Assembly: GCA_964439905.1 (NCBI GenBank)
Contig: CAYTPK010000017.1
Span: 72,039-136,038 of the forward strand
DNA length: 64,000 nucleotides
Direction: 5' to 3'
Origin: an uncultured Dehalococcoidia bacterium
Lineage (GTDB): Bacteria; Chloroflexota; Dehalococcoidia; Lucifugimonadales; GCA-2712585
This document shows, piece by piece, positions 57,398 to 64,000 of this stretch (position 1 is its first letter; the number at the start of each line of letters is the position of its first letter). A model generated the notes under the pieces. That model did no database searches and was not told where the DNA came from. It was given only the letters and a program-made list of their open reading frames with translations. A program made the translations under genes and the position numbers.

Positions 57398-58357
57398 ATG
57401 CGGAAGTTTCTTAATCATAAAAAGGAAGAAATTCGTTCTAAAACTAAAGAGTCTACACAGAAAAGTCGACTCGCTTGGTTCGGTCGTATAATGAGTATAG
57501 TTGCCTCTGATAGGCCCAAAGAGAACCTTTGGGAAGATTTGGAAGAAATCTTGATTTCTGCAGATGTCGGCGTGGAAACTTCTATTGATCTAATAGAAAG
57601 CCTGAAGAAATGTTGTAGCAAAGAGTCCTTAACCGATTCAGATAACATCTATGAAACTCTGAAATCAATGCTTTTTACGCATCTTTCTTATCCTTCACTG
57701 GAGGTCCCTCTCGGCTCGAGCAGTTCCTCCGCGTCTTCTCCGTACGTCATACTTGTCGTGGGGGTTAATGGGGTTGGTAAAACCACAACTATAGCTAAAT
57801 TGGCCCACTACTACAAAAGCGCAGGAAACAAGGTGATATTGGGAGCAGCGGATACCTTTAGGGCTGCGGCCATAGAACAATTGCAATACCACGGTAGTGT
57901 GATAGGAGTGGATGTTATCGCTCATCAGCATGGAGCAGATCCGGGTGCTGTAGCGTTCGATGCCTATCGAGCTAGTACAGCCCGGTCGGCTGATGTTTTG
58001 ATCATAGACACTGCTGGCAGATTGCACACAAAAAATAATCTGATGAAAGAAATTATTAAAATAAAGTCTGTTATAACTAAACTAGACAATAGTGCCCCTC
58101 ACGAAACTCTTTTAGTTTTGGACGCGACCACAGGAGTTAATGGTCTATATCAGGCAAAAGCTTTTACAGAAGCTCTGCAATGTCAGGGTGTTATATTAAG
58201 TAAAATGGATGGTACTTCTAGGGGCGGAATTGCAATTCCCATTCAGAGAGAACTGGGATTACCAATTCTCTATCTAGGTACCGGAGAAAGCATTGACGAT
58301 CTTGTCGGGTTTGACGCATGGGAGTTTATAGAAGCTTTATTGGGGCCCGTTAACTAA
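57398..58357 (+). CDS. ftsY: Signal recognition particle receptor FtsY
   Basis: 319 aa. 'LEE.LI.ADVG', 'VVGVNGVGKTTTIAKLA', 'DTFRAAA.EQL', 'IDTAGRLH', 'LSKMDGT.RGG'. Confidence 0.93.
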   Translation: MRKFLNHKKEEIRSKTKESTQKSRLAWFGRIMSIVASDRPKENLWEDLEEILISADVGVETSIDLIESLKKCCSKESLTDSDNIYETLKSMLFTHLSYPSLEVPLGSSSSSASSPYVILVVGVNGVGKTTTIAKLAHYYKSAGNKVILGAADTFRAAAIEQLQYHGSVIGVDVIAHQHGADPGAVAFDAYRASTARSADVLIIDTAGRLHTKNNLMKEIIKIKSVITKLDNSAPHETLLVLDATTGVNGLYQAKAFTEALQCQGVILSKMDGTSRGGIAIPIQRELGLPILYLGTGESIDDLVGFDAWEFIEALLGPVN

Positions 58358-58378
58358 ATTAACGGAGGCAGCAGTTTT

Positions 58379-60718
58379 TTGGATAATATTGTCCTCTGGA
58401 TCCTCTCAGTTTATTTTATAGGGCTGATTTTCTTTCCATTCGCGTTTTTCCTTCTTAAACGATTACCCGATAGAGGTGCATCTTTAAGTAAAATAGTTGG
58501 ACTCCTCCTTTTTACTTATATCTTATGGATTGTTGGGCATAGCCAAGTAGTTCCCTTGGTACAGACCACAATATTTTGTGTCGCGTTTGTTCTCGCGGTC
58601 CTTGCGTTTATAGCTTTTAGAGTCCAAAGATTAGAAATTGCAAGTTTTCTCAAAACCGAATGGCTACATTTGTTGTTATCGGAAATTGTTTTCATAAGCG
58701 TATTCTTTGGTTGGGTTTGGGTAGTATCTCAGGTGCCTGATATTAACCATACAGAAAAGCCGATGGACTTCGGTTTTCTAAATGCCATTATACAGAGTAA
58801 TTCGTTTCCTCCTGATGATATGTGGTTATCTGGGGAATCTATAAGTTACTACTACTTTGGCCACATGATTATGGCCAATCTATCCGAACTGACTGCTATT
58901 TCATCGAACGTAACTTACAATCTTTCCTTAGTTTTGGTGCCTGCTTTAGCATCCGTTGGGATTTATGGCTTGGTGTACAATTTGATAAGGATATCGGGAG
59001 CAACTAGAACCAGGGCAGTAATATTCGCGTTATTGGGGCCAATTTTCCTGGGCTTCTTTGGACATTTAGTAGGCGGTCTGGATTTTTTGCAAGCAATGGG
59101 CTGGGGTTCCCATAGTTTTTGGGAATGGGTGAACATCGATGGGTTAGTTAGGTCTGCTCGAGACTTCAGTTTTTTCCCCCAAGAAGCTAACTGGTGGTGG
59201 CGAGATACTCGGGTAATAAACACGATTGTGAATGGTGAAAGCTTAGATTATACGATAACGGAGTTTCCCTTCTTTAGCTTCTTGCTGGGAGATCTTCATG
59301 CGCATGTTATATCTCTTCCTTTTTTGATCTTGGTAATTTCCTTAGCGCTTAATGTCTATTTGGGAAGAGATGCTTTGGGATTAGGTTGGTTTAGAGCTAA
59401 CTATTTGGAATTCGTTTTTCTTTCTCTAGCACTGGGTTCTTTGGCAATTTTGAACGCATCTGATTTCCCAGTTTTCACTACAGTAGTTTTTTGCATTTTA
59501 TTGATACGAGGATTGAAACAAAATCAGTTAAGTTTATCGAAGGCCACTGTCCAATCTCTTATGGTAATGACACCGATTTTAATTCTTTCTATTATAATGT
59601 TCCTGCCATTCTATTTCACTTTTCATAGTCAGATCTCTGGAATTTCCCCTCTTATAGAGGTTAGTACTAGACCGTTGCATTTCCTCTTGATCTGGGGGTT
59701 TTTCTTGGTAGTTGGTGTAATATTCCTCGTCAAGCAATTCAGTTCGTTGCCATCTGACCGGAAAGATAAAGTCCACTTGTTGAGATCAGGCATTATCCTT
59801 ACATTGGCCCCATTTGTTTTATGGATATTTGTGGCTGTCCTCGTTAGTTTTGATGAATATGACCTTACTTATATCCTATCAACAATTATTATACGGTCTG
59901 TAACGTTGTTACCCCTATTTATTATAGTCTGGGTCGCGAGTTTTAGTGGGTTAGTGAGATGTCTAACCGGCTCAAGTGGGACAGGATTTGCATTGATTCT
60001 AATGGGTTTAGGTTTCTATTTATTGATAGGTGTGGAAATCTTTTATGTAGAGGATTTTCTATTCTTGAGAATGAACACAATTTTTAAGTTATATTATCAA
60101 GTTTGGGTCTTACTTTCGGTGGCTGTTACCTACGGGATATATTATATGCTTTCAAATCCAATCACATGGCGTTTCCCTCTTAGCCCATGGAAGTATGGAT
60201 TAGTTGCCTTTGTGATTGTTTTGTTTATTACTTCGCTTTATTATCCAATAGCTGCGACGAAAAACAGGATAGAAAGCGCTGATGCAACGCCTACTCTAGA
60301 TGGACTGGCTTTCCTAAAGAACAGTGATCGGGCAGATGAATATGAGGCTATTCGCATTCTTAGAGACGAAATGCCAAGAGGGCACTTATTGGAGGCAGTT
60401 GGTGGAGGATATACTGAGTTTGGTAGGGTTTCCGCTGCGACAGGGTTTCCGTCTCCGTTGAATTGGCCTGGCCACGAACTTCAATGGAGGGGTTCCACAG
60501 GCCCGTTGGGCAATAGAGAAGAGGACGTTAAGACAATATATACCAGTAATGATTTGGTAGAGGTCTCGGCTCTCTTGGATAAGTACGATATTAGGTATGT
60601 TTATGTAGGATCTAGAGAGAAATATAGATACGGTACAGAAGGTTTGAATAAATTCCAAGATTTGTTGTCGGTGTCTTTTGAATTAGATGAAGTGGTAGTT
60701 TACGAGAGGCTAGATTGA
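58379..60718 (+). CDS. Chlor_Arch_YYY-type (DUF2298-like) polytopic membrane protein
   Basis: 779 aa, more than 15 predicted TM stretches, TTG start. Diagnostic 'SYYYFGH' (YYYFG at 58847-58861). Soluble C-terminal domain. Confidence 0.7.
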   Translation: MDNIVLWILSVYFIGLIFFPFAFFLLKRLPDRGASLSKIVGLLLFTYILWIVGHSQVVPLVQTTIFCVAFVLAVLAFIAFRVQRLEIASFLKTEWLHLLLSEIVFISVFFGWVWVVSQVPDINHTEKPMDFGFLNAIIQSNSFPPDDMWLSGESISYYYFGHMIMANLSELTAISSNVTYNLSLVLVPALASVGIYGLVYNLIRISGATRTRAVIFALLGPIFLGFFGHLVGGLDFLQAMGWGSHSFWEWVNIDGLVRSARDFSFFPQEANWWWRDTRVINTIVNGESLDYTITEFPFFSFLLGDLHAHVISLPFLILVISLALNVYLGRDALGLGWFRANYLEFVFLSLALGSLAILNASDFPVFTTVVFCILLIRGLKQNQLSLSKATVQSLMVMTPILILSIIMFLPFYFTFHSQISGISPLIEVSTRPLHFLLIWGFFLVVGVIFLVKQFSSLPSDRKDKVHLLRSGIILTLAPFVLWIFVAVLVSFDEYDLTYILSTIIIRSVTLLPLFIIVWVASFSGLVRCLTGSSGTGFALILMGLGFYLLIGVEIFYVEDFLFLRMNTIFKLYYQVWVLLSVAVTYGIYYMLSNPITWRFPLSPWKYGLVAFVIVLFITSLYYPIAATKNRIESADATPTLDGLAFLKNSDRADEYEAIRILRDEMPRGHLLEAVGGGYTEFGRVSAATGFPSPLNWPGHELQWRGSTGPLGNREEDVKTIYTSNDLVEVSALLDKYDIRYVYVGSREKYRYGTEGLNKFQDLLSVSFELDEVVVYERLD

Positions 60719-60731
60719 TAATCTTGTTTTA

Positions 60732-63131
60732 ATGAAGTCGATAATCTCAAAATATATGATCCTACAAAAAGACCGTGTGTTACACATGTCCTATAGGCCT
60801 ACGCGGGATCAAGGAATATTTTCTGCCCTTGTTATCCTTTCATTAATCCTCAGGTTATGGGAATTGAACGGTCGTCCCTTTCATTATGATGAAAGCCTAC
60901 ACGCCTTCTACTCTTGGGAACTTTTTACTGGGATGGGATATAGACATGAAGCGTGGACTCATGGCCCAATGCAATTTTTCCTAAACGCTCTAAGTTTTTC
61001 TATTTTTTCGGATACTAATTTTAGTGTTCGGCTCCCATATGCATTAGCTGGTTCTCTACTTGTTGGACTGCCTTATTTTATACGTAACAGTATTGGACTA
61101 TTGGGGTCTGTTGTGGCCTCTTTAATGCTAATGTTTTCTCCCGCCTTACTTTATTTCAGCAGATATTCGAGGAATGACATTTATGCAGCTCTTTTTGCAC
61201 TAGCCCTTTTTATTTTGTTGTGGAGATATATACACGAGCGCAAGGATAGGTATCTTTACCTGACCGCGGCTGTTTTAGCGGGTTTGTTCATAACCAAAGA
61301 AACAACGTATATCTTGTTATCAATATTCTTGTTGATGCTGATCGTGATTTCATTGACCGACTTGATCCCGTTAATTCAGAGGAGAATAAGACTAAAGGAT
61401 TTAAATGCTCCTGCTTCGTTCCTAATATTGATCGTTACGTTGACATTGCCTCAATGGTCTGCCATATCTGCAGTTTTTTTCAACGTGTTCGATTCAGGAG
61501 TTGTTTTGGCCAATGATGTTGGGGGTTCTGCTTCTCCTATAGGCCTTCCTCTTTGGCAGTCTCCGTTTTGGAGCATGAATTTAGTGAAATTACCTATATT
61601 TATGGATGTGATCATCATTATTGGGATAATAATTTCCGGCGTAGTCGCCTTGATATTTAGCAGAGATATCCCAGAAATATTTGCTGCGATTTTGATCGGA
61701 ATTCTACTACTCTTGATAGGATACGGATTCCTGGCTTTTATGGAGACAGCCATTCCACGCAATTATTGGATCGCTGGATCTGTCATAAGTGGGTCATTTC
61801 TGTTGTGTGCGTTAATTGGAATTACTTGGCGTCTAAAGGTGTGGGCGATTAGTACTGGAATTTTTTATGGTATATGGCTGACTTTTTACACTAGTTTTTT
61901 TGGCATATTTTCCAAACCGTATACCGACTGTCCTAACGCCCTTAGTGGCATGACTGAGCATTTGTGTACTCATCTTGGAGGTGCTTTTACCGGGATTTGG
62001 CAAAGTTTGGGATATTGGATTGTACAACAGGATGTAGCTCGCGGAAATCAGCCTTGGTATTACTATTTCGTATTAGGCAGCCTCTACGAATTTTTGCCTT
62101 TGATTCTTGGTTGTATGGGTCTAGTTTATTACTTGAAGAAAGCGAATATTGCCGGCCTTTTCTTAGGATTTTGGGCCGTAACTACATTTCTAATGTACAC
62201 GTTAGCGGGAGAGAAAATGCCTTGGTTGATTGTTAACATAACGTTGCCATTTATTATCTTAGGGGCTTACTTCATATCTGACGTTTTCAGAAGTGTAATG
62301 TTTAGTAGGCCACGCCTCGTACCATCAATAATTGTTATATTTCTCACCCCGAGCATTTTGGTATTGGCGAGCTTCTTGTTTGAACAATATTTGGATAACA
62401 ACTACTTTGATGGCTTATGGATGTGGGCTGGATCCATGGCTGTAGCAGTTGCAATCATAGCTCTAATATATTCAATGTTTAAAGTGCGGTTAAGAACAGG
62501 GATGAATTTGGTTATCCTAAGTTCATCAATATTGTTATTAATTCTGACAGCATTTGTGGGCTATAGAGTCACGTATAATTATGATGACGAACCTGTGGAA
62601 ATGTTAGTCTACGCAGGTGGGAGCTCGGATGTGAAATTTGTTGCCGAAAAGTTGCGCGATGGTATAGATTCGAGTGATTCAAAGGTAAAGGCCATCATTG
62701 ATTATGACATTTGGTATCCTTTCAATTGGTATGCCAGGAATGATAAATTTATTACGTATCAGTGCTTTAAGGGTATTGGTGACGATGGTTATGCTTCCTA
62801 TTGTGACCCTATACGATCGACTCCTGATGCCTATGCCTTGGTTATGGTGGATACTCATGGGAAGCGAGATGACAGATATTTAGCGGAGGACTATAGTCGT
62901 GAAGGTCCTTACCGCAGTTTAATTTGGTTTCCAGAAGTTTATAGAAGACCAGGGGAGTCCAGAGAAAATACAGGGATATTTGATCAAATGGGACAGGACC
63001 TAGCCTATGGTTGGGATCTAGTTACAGATCAAGATGCTTGGAGAAAGGTGGTCAATTATCTGTTTCACAGAGAACTGGAAGAAGGATGGTTTGACTCGAA
63101 GTTTTACGCATTCTTTGCTAAATCCCCGTAA
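60732..63131 (+). CDS. TIGR03663-like polytopic membrane protein with GT-C/PMT-like (ArnT/dolichyl-P-mannose transferase-like) N-terminus
   Basis: 799 aa. N-terminal 'LRLWEL..RPFHYDESLHA' (DE at 60888-60893) and 'WTHGPMQFF' (HGP at 60960-60968), the invariant residues I recall for that family. Soluble C-terminal domain. Confidence 0.65.
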   Translation: MKSIISKYMILQKDRVLHMSYRPTRDQGIFSALVILSLILRLWELNGRPFHYDESLHAFYSWELFTGMGYRHEAWTHGPMQFFLNALSFSIFSDTNFSVRLPYALAGSLLVGLPYFIRNSIGLLGSVVASLMLMFSPALLYFSRYSRNDIYAALFALALFILLWRYIHERKDRYLYLTAAVLAGLFITKETTYILLSIFLLMLIVISLTDLIPLIQRRIRLKDLNAPASFLILIVTLTLPQWSAISAVFFNVFDSGVVLANDVGGSASPIGLPLWQSPFWSMNLVKLPIFMDVIIIIGIIISGVVALIFSRDIPEIFAAILIGILLLLIGYGFLAFMETAIPRNYWIAGSVISGSFLLCALIGITWRLKVWAISTGIFYGIWLTFYTSFFGIFSKPYTDCPNALSGMTEHLCTHLGGAFTGIWQSLGYWIVQQDVARGNQPWYYYFVLGSLYEFLPLILGCMGLVYYLKKANIAGLFLGFWAVTTFLMYTLAGEKMPWLIVNITLPFIILGAYFISDVFRSVMFSRPRLVPSIIVIFLTPSILVLASFLFEQYLDNNYFDGLWMWAGSMAVAVAIIALIYSMFKVRLRTGMNLVILSSSILLLILTAFVGYRVTYNYDDEPVEMLVYAGGSSDVKFVAEKLRDGIDSSDSKVKAIIDYDIWYPFNWYARNDKFITYQCFKGIGDDGYASYCDPIRSTPDAYALVMVDTHGKRDDRYLAEDYSREGPYRSLIWFPEVYRRPGESRENTGIFDQMGQDLAYGWDLVTDQDAWRKVVNYLFHRELEEGWFDSKFYAFFAKSP

Positions 63132-63214
63132 TGAACTTTGTCTTGTGAAGCTTCTTGTGGCCATGGTTTCCGATAGGTATACTCTGGAACCCAGTTTGGT
63201 AAATAAGGAACAAG

Positions 63215-64000
63215 TTGTTTAAAAATCGTGGGTTTGTCTTCGGGCTTTTTATAAGTTTAACTTTTATAGGCCTATTTTATTTTACGGTGAGCCTTCGCGA
63301 AATGAAAACTGCGTTGGTTCAGGCGGACTACCGTTTTTTAGCTCCAGGAATCGGACTGTATTTTCTGTCGGTTGGCTTTCGAGCCATAAGATGGCAGTAT
63401 CTTTTATATCCACTACGGAAGGTTCCACTTTTACAGCTATATTCCGTAGTAGTCGTGGGATATATGGCGAATAATCTCCTTCCTATGCGTTTGGGTGAAG
63501 TTGTGCGAGCTTATTACCTCTCGAAAAAAACACCGATTAACACTAGTAGTGCTCTTGCAACGATCGGTTTGGAGCGTATTTATGATGGCTTGGTTTTGGT
63601 ATTGTTTGCGGCTATATCTCTAATTTTATTGACAACGTCCAATATTACCGAAAATGTGAGCACAGTTACTGTTTGGACATTGTCAATAACGGCGATTGCA
63701 TCCGCTGCGATTTTCTTAGGTGCCATAGTCATTTTCACTTTAATCGTGGTAAGGCCTGGTTTTTCTTCGATACTGTATAGATTAATTAATAATCTACCGA
63801 TACGAGTGCGACGAAAAATAGAAGATTTCGTAAGGCAATTTATAGAGGGTTTACATAGGCTAAAGTCTCCTAAGAATCAACTAAAACTTTTGGTGCTTTC
63901 CTTGCCCGTTTGGGCGTTCGAAGCAGCAATGTACTTGATACTTGCTTATTCCTTTGATATTCCCGGGCATTTTGATCCACACATATTGATTATTCCTGTT
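63215..64000 (+). CDS. UPF0104 / lysylphosphatidylglycerol-synthase-TM-region-like (flippase-like) membrane protein, 3'-truncated by window end
   Basis: Frame open from 63203 to the window end. TTG at 63215 lies 5 nt after AAGGA. 'FRAIRWQYLL.PL', 'VVGYMANNLLPMRLGEVVRAYYL', 'ATIGLERIYDG'. Confidence 0.7.
   Translation, partial: MFKNRGFVFGLFISLTFIGLFYFTVSLREMKTALVQADYRFLAPGIGLYFLSVGFRAIRWQYLLYPLRKVPLLQLYSVVVVGYMANNLLPMRLGEVVRAYYLSKKTPINTSSALATIGLERIYDGLVLVLFAAISLILLTTSNITENVSTVTVWTLSITAIASAAIFLGAIVIFTLIVVRPGFSSILYRLINNLPIRVRRKIEDFVRQFIEGLHRLKSPKNQLKLLVLSLPVWAFEAAMYLILAYSFDIPGHFDPHILIIPV

Noticed and set aside
1-64000. Looked for CRISPR arrays, tandem or interspersed repeats, transposases, integrases, phage genes, toxin-antitoxin pairs, restriction-modification or other defence genes, rRNA and tRNA genes.
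   Set aside because: I saw none by eye. Every long ORF could be assigned to housekeeping or metabolic families or to conserved membrane proteins. Short dispersed repeats cannot be excluded without a computational self-comparison.

Overview
This window reads as core chromosome. About 60 tightly packed genes lie on both strands, many joined by 1-4 nt stop/start overlaps (TAATG, ATGA, TGATG) and many using GTG or TTG starts. I found no rRNA, tRNA, CRISPR array, transposase, integrase, phage gene or recognisable defence gene. The gene content suggests a Chloroflexota genome, possibly a marine Dehalococcoidia/SAR202-like lineage. That guess rests on a Chlor_Arch_YYY-type membrane protein next to a TIGR03663-like one, amidohydrolase/cyclase paralogs, and a GC content that looks moderate to low by eye. 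It is inference only; no search was run.

Housekeeping content includes:
- prfB (with its +1 frameshift), tgt, dcd-ribD-ribE-ribBA, ribH, purQ/purL
- ppdK, metH, glyA, rpsF-ssb-rpsR, hom-thrC
- mfd, proBA, recR, recO, biotin carboxylase plus BCCP
- cca, rnc, ftsY, lepB

Items worth a second look:
1. A ThrC-paralog/NIL/MoaD-like triplet (731-2560) that looks like a protein-thiocarboxylate route to homocysteine.
2. An actinobacterial-style inositol toolkit: ino1-pimA-like-PIP synthase (13.4-16.3 kb) and a MshA/MshD/MshB-like cluster with three extra genes (38.5-43.8 kb).
3. A DsbA-like gene whose catalytic Cys position is an in-frame TGA, with its own promoter, SD, ATG and a nearby hairpin. This is a selenoprotein candidate (55974-56606).
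4. recO interrupted by TAG-AAT-TAA, with the same frame staying open for 48 more codons.
5. A YYY / GT-C-like / UPF0104-like membrane trio of unknown function (58.4-64 kb).

All family assignments come from motif recognition by eye and from memory, not from database searches.
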